A stretch of DNA of 34,096 nucleotides from a virus: the IMG/VR virus record IMGVR_UViG_3300032104_000068. One strand, written 5' to 3'. Within the stretch, counting starts at the first letter, position 1, and the number at the start of each line of letters is the position of its first letter. Position numbers and translations under genes: made by a program. The notes under the pieces are model-generated. The model saw only the letters and a program-made list of their open reading frames with translations. It ran no database searches and was not told where the DNA came from. Below are positions 6,705 through 13,210 of the stretch, piece after piece.

Positions 6705-6745
6705 AATCTGGAAATCGGTTTATTCCATATTCCAGAAACTGTCAA
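6698..6745. promoter_or_regulatory. 48-bp nested dyad in the 54-bp divergent intergenic region (candidate operator and overlapping promoters)
   Basis: TTGACA(6698-6703)-N4-CTGGAA(6708-6713)-N16-TTCCAG(6730-6735)-N4-TGTCAA(6740-6745). Each TTGACA is a perfect -35 hexamer pointing inward. The hexamers 17 nt downstream are poor -10 matches (TATTCC and TAAACC). Confidence 0.5.
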
Positions 6746-6758
6746 CCGCAAACATGGG

Positions 6759-7823
6759 ATGTTAAAAATGACTGAGCCACTTTTTGATATGGGTGTTGCG
6801 CCTGGAATTTATTTCAACCAATCCTTTGAGGATTATCTTGCGGTGCCCGCGCTATCAGCATCAGGCGTCAAAAAACTGATGGGCAACCCGCTTTTATTTT
6901 GGGCGGAAAGCTGGCTGAACATTGACCGCTCGGAACAAGAGGACCGTGAACATCAGCGCATCGGCAAGGCATATCACTGTTTGATTTTGGAAGGCCGTGA
7001 TGAATTTAACCGGCGCTTCCCGGTGAACTTCAACCCGGACGATTTCCCCGAGGCCCTGAACACCCAGGAAGATTATAAAGAGCGGTGCCGAGAATTGGAC
7101 CTTGCGGTCAGCGGCACCAAGCCGGTCCTGAAGCAACGCATCCTTGAGGCTGATGTTGAATGTCGGTTTGTTGAAGATGCCAAGGCTGAATTTTACCGGG
7201 CGAATGAAAATGCTGAAGGCTTTATGGAGCCGGATGAAATTGAAGAACTGGACTTCGCCGCCAGCCTGATTGAAATTCATGAGGATGTATCCAAATGCTT
7301 CCGGGGCGGGTTTTCAGAAGTCAGTGCCTTCTGGTATGACCCGGATGCCGGCATCCCGTTTAAGGTGCGCTTTGATTATCTCAAGCCCATGATGATTGCT
7401 GAACTGAAGACAATGGCCGCAACCGAGCGTCCTATGGAAAATGCTGTTTACACTGAAATGGCCAAACGCCGGTATCATATCCAAGGCACACTTTATTTGC
7501 GGGCCATCAATGAACTCAGGAAACTAGGGCCACTTTCAACGGACGGCACCAAAGAACAACAGGAATTTACTGATAAAATTTTTGGTGACGACCATGAAAT
7601 GAAGTTCATTTTTATCTTCCAGCAAAAGGGTCCGGCCCCGCTGGTATTGCCCCGGATTTTTCCACAGCAATCAATGTTCAACTGCGGGGAAACCAGCATT
7701 GATGCCGCCATGACCCGCTTTGATAATTATTGGCGGACTTTCAGAACCGCGCCCTGGGTCCAGCATGAGCCGATTGAATATTTTGATGATGCCATGTTCC
7801 CGCCCTGGGCAACCGAGATTTAA
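6759..7823 (+). CDS. RecE-like PD-(D/E)XK exonuclease (354 aa)
   Basis: SEVSAFWYDPDAGIPFKVRFDYLKPMMIAELKT ... YHIQGTLY fits the D...ExK plus Q..Y arrangement of exonuclease VIII-type nucleases. An annealing-protein gene lies downstream. Confidence 0.65.
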   Translation: MLKMTEPLFDMGVAPGIYFNQSFEDYLAVPALSASGVKKLMGNPLLFWAESWLNIDRSEQEDREHQRIGKAYHCLILEGRDEFNRRFPVNFNPDDFPEALNTQEDYKERCRELDLAVSGTKPVLKQRILEADVECRFVEDAKAEFYRANENAEGFMEPDEIEELDFAASLIEIHEDVSKCFRGGFSEVSAFWYDPDAGIPFKVRFDYLKPMMIAELKTMAATERPMENAVYTEMAKRRYHIQGTLYLRAINELRKLGPLSTDGTKEQQEFTDKIFGDDHEMKFIFIFQQKGPAPLVLPRIFPQQSMFNCGETSIDAAMTRFDNYWRTFRTAPWVQHEPIEYFDDAMFPPWATEI

Positions 7824-7830
7824 AAAGAAT

Positions 7831-7860
7831 TAGAAAGGAATAGAAAGGAATAGAAAGGAA
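7831..7860 (+). repeat. 3 x tagaaaggaa tandem repeat (triplicated Shine-Dalgarno)
   Basis: Three perfect copies sit at 7831-7840, 7841-7850 and 7851-7860. Only the last is correctly spaced from the ATG at 7866. Confidence 0.95.
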
Positions 7861-7865
7861 AACCG

Positions 7866-8168
7866 ATGATTAATATTTTCCATGAAATCGAAAAAGAACG
7901 GGACCGCCAGGACCAGCAATGGGGCGGGCCTGAACATGATGACGGGCACATTTTTACAGATTGGTTTCAATATATCACAGACCAGATGCACAAAGGATTT
8001 CACGATTACATCAAGAAAATGGTATTATTGAGTGACACTTCAGAAAATGTCATGCGTGAAAGGTTTATTAAAATTGCGGCGCTGGCTGTGGCCGGGATTG
8101 AAAGCATTGACCGCCTGAAAAAACAAACAGAAAAAAACCAAGAAAATGACCGGACGTTACACCGTTAA
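7866..8168 (+). CDS. hypothetical protein (100 aa)
   Basis: It has a strong RBS (above) and reads EIEKERDRQDQQWGGPEHDD...W. No family was assigned with confidence. Confidence 0.7.
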   Translation: MINIFHEIEKERDRQDQQWGGPEHDDGHIFTDWFQYITDQMHKGFHDYIKKMVLLSDTSENVMRERFIKIAALAVAGIESIDRLKKQTEKNQENDRTLHR

Positions 8169-8364
8169 GACTACCCCATCCCTGAAGGCCATCACCAAGA
8201 AACTTGATGCCATGCTTGGTTTATATGGCACGGATGTCACGGCTCACGCTGTCAGGCATTGGCTGACCACACTGGCCGAACGGCAACGGCTTCTCAAGGA
8301 CAAGGCGCGGCTGGAAAAAGAACTTGCTGACCTTGATATGCAAATTAAAAAAGAACGGAAATGA
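8146..8364 (+). CDS. hypothetical coiled-coil protein (72 aa)
   Basis: This is an ORF-track ORF with a 23-nt overlap on the upstream gene. The C-terminus is charged and helical. Confidence 0.5.
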   Translation: MTGRYTVKTTPSLKAITKKLDAMLGLYGTDVTAHAVRHWLTTLAERQRLLKDKARLEKELADLDMQIKKERK

Positions 8365-8540
8365 ACAATCAATTAACCAATGAACCATTGCGTCCAAATT
8401 TTGACCCGGATTTTTTGCGGGCCAGTTTGCGGCACGATTGAACGGACTGAGACTGAAATCAAGGAAATGAAAAAATTAATTGCTGGCTTGAAAAGGCTCT
8501 GACCTTGTGCTAATCTTTCCATAATTTGAAATAACATGGG

Positions 8541-9380
8541 ATGAATAAGATGAACACCACACCTGAAAAAGTTGATGCCCCCGCACCGGCTGAAGCCCCC
8601 GGTACCAAGAAAGAAAACCTGAAGAAAGGAAAGCCCCAGGCCAGGTTGAAAGCCGGGGGGAAAGTTGAAGCTATTGTTCCACACACCATTGAACAGGTTT
8701 ACCGATTTGCGGATGCTGTTATAACCGCCTGCCTTGCCCCTGATAGTTTTGAGAATGACCGGAACAAAGTTGCAATGGCCATCCTGAAGGGCTTGGAAGT
8801 TGGGCTGATGCCGATGACTGCCCTGGCCAATATTTATATTGTCAAAGCACGGCCAACAATTTGGGGGGACGCGGCAATGGCCCTAGTTCATGATACCGGC
8901 GAGTTGGAATTTATGAATGACCACTATGAAGGGTCATTTGAAAAGGGGGATTTGATGTGTTCCGTCACCATGAAGCGGCGCACGGTTGACAACTCAATCA
9001 CCCGGACCTTTTCAATGGCGGACGCAACCCACGCCGGATTGATTAACCGGGACGGCACTCCCAAGGCTGGCAAGTTTGCCTGGAATTATATCAACCGGAT
9101 GCTATTCAACCGTGCCCGCGCCTGGTGCGTCCGTGACCTTTTTGCTGATGTGCTTTGCGGGCTGGCTATCAGGGAAGAACTGGAAGGCATCCCTGAAAAG
9201 AAAACCGTCAAGGACACAAAATTTCTTGGTGATGTTATCGAGGGTGAGGCTAATGAAATTCCCGCTGGCGATGCTGAGACCAAAACATCCGAAGGTGACA
9301 CCTGGGTATCACCTGAACCCGAAAAGGACCTGATTGAGGAAGTCCTTGAGGATGATGAATTGCCAGAAAAAAGAGGATGA
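8541..9380 (+). CDS. Redbeta/RecT-type single-strand annealing protein (279 aa)
   Basis: GLEVGLMPMTALANIYIV...IWGDAAMALV and NRMLFNRARAWCVRDLFADVLCGL resemble the conserved RecT/Redbeta blocks. It is paired with an exonuclease gene. The start may be ATG 8541 or 8550. Confidence 0.6.
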   Translation: MNKMNTTPEKVDAPAPAEAPGTKKENLKKGKPQARLKAGGKVEAIVPHTIEQVYRFADAVITACLAPDSFENDRNKVAMAILKGLEVGLMPMTALANIYIVKARPTIWGDAAMALVHDTGELEFMNDHYEGSFEKGDLMCSVTMKRRTVDNSITRTFSMADATHAGLINRDGTPKAGKFAWNYINRMLFNRARAWCVRDLFADVLCGLAIREELEGIPEKKTVKDTKFLGDVIEGEANEIPAGDAETKTSEGDTWVSPEPEKDLIEEVLEDDELPEKRG

Positions 9381-9727
9381 AAAACATGGACCGGAAAAAA
9401 ACTGCACAGGTCAGGAAGCACTTGTCTGAAGGCTATGCCCTGACCCCGCTTGAAGCCGCCAGCCAATTTCATACCATGCGGCTGTCAGCCATTGTGGAAG
9501 ACCTGCGCTTGAAGGGTTTGAAAATTTATGCGACCAAGGCCAGGTTTCCAGTAACCGGGGCTTATTTTGCGGTGTATTATATCCCGGCGCACTTCATGGA
9601 CAGACACATGGAATATTTCAAGGGCCGGTTTGGCACGGGCCACGTGCCGGAATTGACGCAATGGCTGAAAGATAAGGGTTTGGATTATGCTGGCCATTAT
9701 CCCAACAGCTTTGGTTTGACACCGTAA
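9377..9727 (+). CDS. winged-helix/HTH DNA-binding protein (116 aa)
   Basis: HLSEGYALTPLEAASQFHTMRLSAIVEDLRLKGLKI matches the short HTH-domain family (L..G..lT..eA...f...RL.arI.dLr..G..I). The start overlaps the upstream stop (ATGA). Confidence 0.55.
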   Translation: MKNMDRKKTAQVRKHLSEGYALTPLEAASQFHTMRLSAIVEDLRLKGLKIYATKARFPVTGAYFAVYYIPAHFMDRHMEYFKGRFGTGHVPELTQWLKDKGLDYAGHYPNSFGLTP

Positions 9728-9847
9728 GGGACAGCCCCTCAATCGTCCTGTAAGCGCCACCAGCAAGCATCCTTGTTCCGGGTCGCATGGATAACCTCCC
9801 AACGTAACGACCCAATTCATGCCCCGAACCCTGCACAACAAGGGGCA

Positions 9848-9897
9848 TCCCCCCGGTCAGGTTAGGTCGTCAGGCTTGTCCGGGGGGAATTTATTTC
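9848..9897 (+). terminator. rho-independent terminator candidate ending the 6759-9727 unit
   Basis: A perfect 9-bp stem, tccccccgg (9848-9856) with ccgggggga (9880-9888), encloses a 23-nt loop. The T-rich atttatttc follows. Confidence 0.5.
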
Positions 9898-9916
9898 AGA
9901 TTTTGGAAAGAAAGCG

Positions 9917-9945
9917 ATTGACTTTTCAATATACGCCCTATATTA
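9917..9945 (+). promoter_or_regulatory. sigma70-type promoter candidate for genes 9978-10983
   Basis: TTGACT (9917-9922), a 17-nt spacer, then TATTAA (9940-9945). An AGGAG RBS precedes the ATG at 9978. Confidence 0.5.
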
Positions 9946-9977
9946 AGGGTCTAATATAACAACAGGAGTAAATCACC

Positions 9978-10118
9978 ATGAAATTAACACACCGAGATAA
10001 GGCGCTTATTGTTAACGCACTCCGTGCGCTCAAAGGACAGGTAAAAGACAGACACGTCGGGGCGCTTGAAATGAGAACTGAGATTGACATATTAATCGAC
10101 AAACTAGGAAGGATTTAA
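9978..10118 (+). CDS. small hypothetical protein (46 aa)
   Basis: The RBS is AACAGGAGTAAATCACC-ATG and the product reads MKLTHRDKALIVNALRALKGQ... The stop lies 1 nt before the next ATG. It is below the ORF-track length cutoff. Confidence 0.55.
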   Translation: MKLTHRDKALIVNALRALKGQVKDRHVGALEMRTEIDILIDKLGRI

Positions 10119-10119
10119 C

Positions 10120-10647
10120 ATGCCCCGCGTCACTCACGTTAAAAAAGCCCGGAAAGACAATGACCGTTATGGCATCAAAAAAGGGGATAGCTACTATTGG
10201 TGGAAGTTTCCATATGGTTCAAAAATTTGTTCCTTAAACCCGCCGTGCCGGTCACAGTTAACACAGTCAGCTTTCCTTGGTGGCCTGTACGATTTGCAGG
10301 ATGATATTGAAGCAATCACCCCGGATAATTTCAAAGCCTATGAAGGGGATTACAGCGAGATTTCGGACCGCATCCGTGAACTTGGCGAACAGTGTCAGGA
10401 AAGCCTGGATAACATGCCCGAAAGCCTTCAGGAAAGCCCGACCGGGGAACTGCTTCAGGAACGCATTGATGCAATGGATGAATGGGCTGAGGAAGTTGAT
10501 TGCGTTAATACCCCGGAAGAAAATCCTGACCACATGGAACAGGCGGACGGCGAAAGCGAGGAAGATTTTATTGAGCGCCGTGATGAAGTTGAACCTGAAT
10601 GGGAAGACGCCCTTGCCGAATTGCAGAGGTTGGAACCATCCATTTAA
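10120..10647 (+). CDS. conserved phage protein with basic N-terminus and very acidic C-terminal half (175 aa)
   Basis: MPRVTHVKKARKDNDRYGIKKGDSYYWWKF... is an N-terminal pattern I have seen in other phages. The function is unknown. Confidence 0.7.
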   Translation: MPRVTHVKKARKDNDRYGIKKGDSYYWWKFPYGSKICSLNPPCRSQLTQSAFLGGLYDLQDDIEAITPDNFKAYEGDYSEISDRIRELGEQCQESLDNMPESLQESPTGELLQERIDAMDEWAEEVDCVNTPEENPDHMEQADGESEEDFIERRDEVEPEWEDALAELQRLEPSI

Positions 10648-10662
10648 GGGGGGGTTATTATC

Positions 10663-10752
10663 ATGACATGGGAAGATGAAAAGGGCCTGAAGCTGATGCC
10701 GTCAACTCGCAAAACACTAGTCAGGTTTTTGCAATATAACGCGGATGGTTGA
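10663..10752 (+). CDS. 29-codon ORF ending in a TGA that is in frame with the next ORF
   Basis: The RBS is AAGGGGGGG and the ATG is at 10663. The product is MTWEDEKGLKLMPSTRKTLVRFLQYNADG*, in the same frame as 10783..10983. Confidence 0.4.
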   Translation: MTWEDEKGLKLMPSTRKTLVRFLQYNADG

Positions 10753-10782
10753 CGGTCCCACAATACCGCTGTCGCAAATGCT

Positions 10783-10983
10783 TTGGTTGCCCGCCTTGAA
10801 ACAATTGCTGGCCGGATTAATTCTCACCAATGGACCCCTGTGGCCGTCACTTTTATTTTTAGAAAACAGGACCTTCAACACATTGAAGATGCCCTTGAAC
10901 ATGCCGGGGATACTGCCAGCGGACGGGCAGGAAAGCATGTGCGGAAAGCCCTGGACCAAACAAGGCGCTTGCTTGCCGAATGA
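10783..10983 (+). CDS. hypothetical protein (66 aa from TTG; the frame is open back to 10753)
   Basis: It looks helical and plausible (IEDALEHAGDTASGRAGKHVRKALDQTRRLLAE). A terminator hairpin follows 50 nt downstream. Confidence 0.45.
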   Translation: MVARLETIAGRINSHQWTPVAVTFIFRKQDLQHIEDALEHAGDTASGRAGKHVRKALDQTRRLLAE

Positions 10984-11032
10984 AAACCGGATAAAAGCGG
11001 GGTGTTCATCACTGAACATCCCATCACGACTT

Positions 11033-11068
11033 GAAGGGGCTGGCGGTAAAGCCAGCCCCTTCTTCTTG
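11033..11068 (+). terminator. rho-independent terminator of the plus-strand arm
   Basis: Arms gaaggggctggc (11033-11044) and gccagccccttc (11051-11062) enclose a 6-nt loop. The sequence ttcttgtg follows. Confidence 0.6.
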
Positions 11069-11284
11069 TGACCTAACATCTGGAGAGCATCCAGGGAATT
11101 GAGCCGACAAGAAACGCTGTCTTGCATCCCCGACTTATTTCATTATGCCCATATCAAAAAGCGGTTCATTTTTTGAGGCCGTTTTTCGCGTTTGTCCCTG
11201 CGTCTGCGTTTGCCGCGATTGGCACGCTTGGCCGGGCCGGGCCGGTCGGCGGGTCGCTTGGGCGTCTTTGGACCTGACGGGAAC

Positions 11285-11734
11285 TTATTCTGGTTCATTC
11301 GTCGCGCCCGTGGTCTTCACCCGTTCCCCAAATCCAACGCCGAGTTTAAAAGCGGCGGCACCAACGCTGAAGAAATTCCCCAATGAAACTCCAGAATTTT
11401 TAGCCTTGACATTGTATTGGCCAAGCACGCTGATTGCGTCTTCCTCACAGGCAAATTCATAGTCCCCGTTGGCGTTGGGGGCCGGTGCCCAGGTGCAGTC
11501 ATGGGTCGATGTAATCAGGTCACGGCCACCTTCGGCATTAGCAACGGTCAAGGGAACAATCGCCAGGTCGGTAATTTTCGACCCGAATGTGAAGCCCGGT
11601 GCCCCGCCGACCGGGGCCGGGTCAACGGATATGCCCAGGGTTTTCAGGCTGAAATAAAGGGCGGGCAATTCCTGTTTGGTTGAACATGCCCCAAGTATCA
11701 GGGCCATGATTGCAGTCATCAAGATTATTTTCAT
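11285..11734 (-). CDS. lipoprotein (149 aa), last gene of the minus-strand series
   Basis: It has a signal peptide with lipobox ILGAC. A C-terminal hydrophobic stretch reads NFFSVGAAAFKLGVGFG. The ATGA overlap links it to the upstream gene. Confidence 0.65.
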   Translation of the reverse strand: MKIILMTAIMALILGACSTKQELPALYFSLKTLGISVDPAPVGGAPGFTFGSKITDLAIVPLTVANAEGGRDLITSTHDCTWAPAPNANGDYEFACEEDAISVLGQYNVKAKNSGVSLGNFFSVGAAAFKLGVGFGERVKTTGATNEPE

Positions 11735-12066
11735 TTGAACGGTTCCTCAAAGCAAATGTTGGCGGCATCAATTTTGCCAAAGACTTCAGCCCACGCTTCC
11801 GGACTGGCATTGTTAAAAATCATAATCCGGCAATCATCAAAAGGCAAGATTGTAAATCTGGCGCTGGTCCAGCCCGCATAAAACCCGCCAAAAAAAGAAA
11901 ATATCCCGACCCCTTTGGTATCAATTGTAACAGGTCCGGTGCCTGGTGCGGCTTCGATGCGGACCATGCCAAACCCGCGTGTCACGGTGATGGTCCCATC
12001 CGGGCTGTGAATGTTGACCGTGGTGCAAGCTGACAACAGGAACAGGGCGGCGGCAAGCCCCTTCAT
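11731..12066 (-). CDS. lipoprotein (111 aa)
   Basis: MKGLAAALFLLSAC carries a lipobox. The start overlaps the holin stop (TAATG). Confidence 0.65.
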   Translation of the reverse strand: MKGLAAALFLLSACTTVNIHSPDGTITVTRGFGMVRIEAAPGTGPVTIDTKGVGIFSFFGGFYAGWTSARFTILPFDDCRIMIFNNASPEAWAEVFGKIDAANICFEEPFK

Positions 12067-12254
12067 TATTCCGCTTTCTTGATGCCGGCGCGTAGGGCCA
12101 TGATGCCCAGGCCGGTACCAATCAACGTGGTGGCGTCTTCAATCCCTAAAAACGCAATCAGGTTGGGCGCAAAAAATGTCAGTATCCCCAGGATAACCAT
12201 CAGCCCGCCAGCCAGATAGGATTTTTTTCCCTTCAGGATTTCCAAGATGTTCAT
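12066..12254 (-). CDS. putative holin (62 aa, 2 hydrophobic segments, charged C-terminus)
   Basis: SYLAGGLMVILGILTFFAPNLIAFLG and TTLIGTGLGIMAL are the hydrophobic segments, and the protein ends KKAE. It lies 45 nt downstream of the endolysin gene. The RBS is GAAGGAAAAG. Confidence 0.55.
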   Translation of the reverse strand: MNILEILKGKKSYLAGGLMVILGILTFFAPNLIAFLGIEDATTLIGTGLGIMALRAGIKKAE

Positions 12255-12299
12255 GACTTTTCCTTCAAATAATTACTGGCGGACCTTCCGCTATTTTTA

Positions 12300-12767
12300 T
12301 TATGGTGTCAAGCCAGTGCTGAAATTCTTGAAATTTTTCCCGTCAAAACTTAAAGCCTGGTGCCAGTTGTATTTAATCTTGAAGGAACAATGGACCCAGG
12401 TTTTTGCGAGTTTGCCTTTCTTGCCAGGCCGGACTTCATAAATCACCTGGTCATATTCCAAGGCATCGCGGATGAACAAAAACAGGGTCAATGTGGCCAC
12501 ACCAGGGATAGTAAAATCAACCGCTTCGGCCTTGACATGCTGGCTGGTATCCTTGGATTTCAAGGCCCGGTTCAATGCCAACGACCGGAACCAGGATGAT
12601 GGGGAAAACGGCACACCAAAATGAGTCCGGCACGGTTCAAGGATATTGTAAGCGGTATGGATTAAGCAAATAATTTCAGTCGGCGTGGGCAGGTTGATGA
12701 TGCCTTCGGCCTTGGCCCGGCGGCTGGCCGTAGCTTCCTTCAGGGTGAAATGCGGGGACAAACGCAT
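12300..12767 (-). CDS. endolysin, peptidase M15 (D-Ala-D-Ala / L-Ala-D-Glu peptidase type), 155 aa
   Basis: ORF 12300..12836 was trimmed to ATG 12767, which overlaps the upstream TGA. FTLKEATAS...INLPTP...NILEPCRTHFGVPFSPSSWFRSLALNRA...SQHVKAEAVDF is the M15-type pattern. Confidence 0.75.
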   Translation of the reverse strand: MRLSPHFTLKEATASRRAKAEGIINLPTPTEIICLIHTAYNILEPCRTHFGVPFSPSSWFRSLALNRALKSKDTSQHVKAEAVDFTIPGVATLTLFLFIRDALEYDQVIYEVRPGKKGKLAKTWVHCSFKIKYNWHQALSFDGKNFKNFSTGLTP

Positions 12768-13201
12768 CAGCCGCCTTCCAGCCAGTCGGCATGGGCCAGG
12801 TTCGCATTTTCTTTGCCGTGGTGCCAGTTGACACATTTTTTCACCAGCTTGGCGGCTTCAAGCTGAAGGTCTTCCCCTGGGTCCGCCGCCTCAGAAAGTT
12901 CCGTCAGCGGGATAACAACCTGGTACGGGAAAATGACCAGTTTGCCATCTTCGGTTTTCAACGCCTGGCCATCCTGGTCTGCAATCACGGCGGTTAAAAT
13001 AAACTTGATTGCGGCAGGGGTGATGACCCCGGCAATGGTTTTATCTTCCGTTTCTCGCCTGATTGTGATTTTGACGTATTCATTTTTAAATTCAAAAAGC
13101 TGGTCCGCAGGCTCCATGTCCAGTCCGGCCTTGGGCATTTGCGTTACACCCGTTTTGATTGCATCGCGCATGGCTCGAATTTGTTCAGGTGTTTTTACCA
13201 T
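12767..13201 (-). CDS. hypothetical protein (144 aa)
   Basis: This is an ORF-track ORF with RBS AAGGA. It sits between the tail tip and the endolysin. Confidence 0.6.
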   Translation of the reverse strand: MVKTPEQIRAMRDAIKTGVTQMPKAGLDMEPADQLFEFKNEYVKITIRRETEDKTIAGVITPAAIKFILTAVIADQDGQALKTEDGKLVIFPYQVVIPLTELSEAADPGEDLQLEAAKLVKKCVNWHHGKENANLAHADWLEGG

Positions 13202-13210
13202 CTTAAATCC

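Noticed and set aside
10717-11127. A 136-aa minus-strand ORF, with plus-strand ORF 10745-11071, at the end of the plus arm.
   Set aside because: Both overlap the more plausible plus-strand frame 10663-10983, which ends just before a terminator. The minus-strand ORF would run into the plus-strand terminator and has no RBS.
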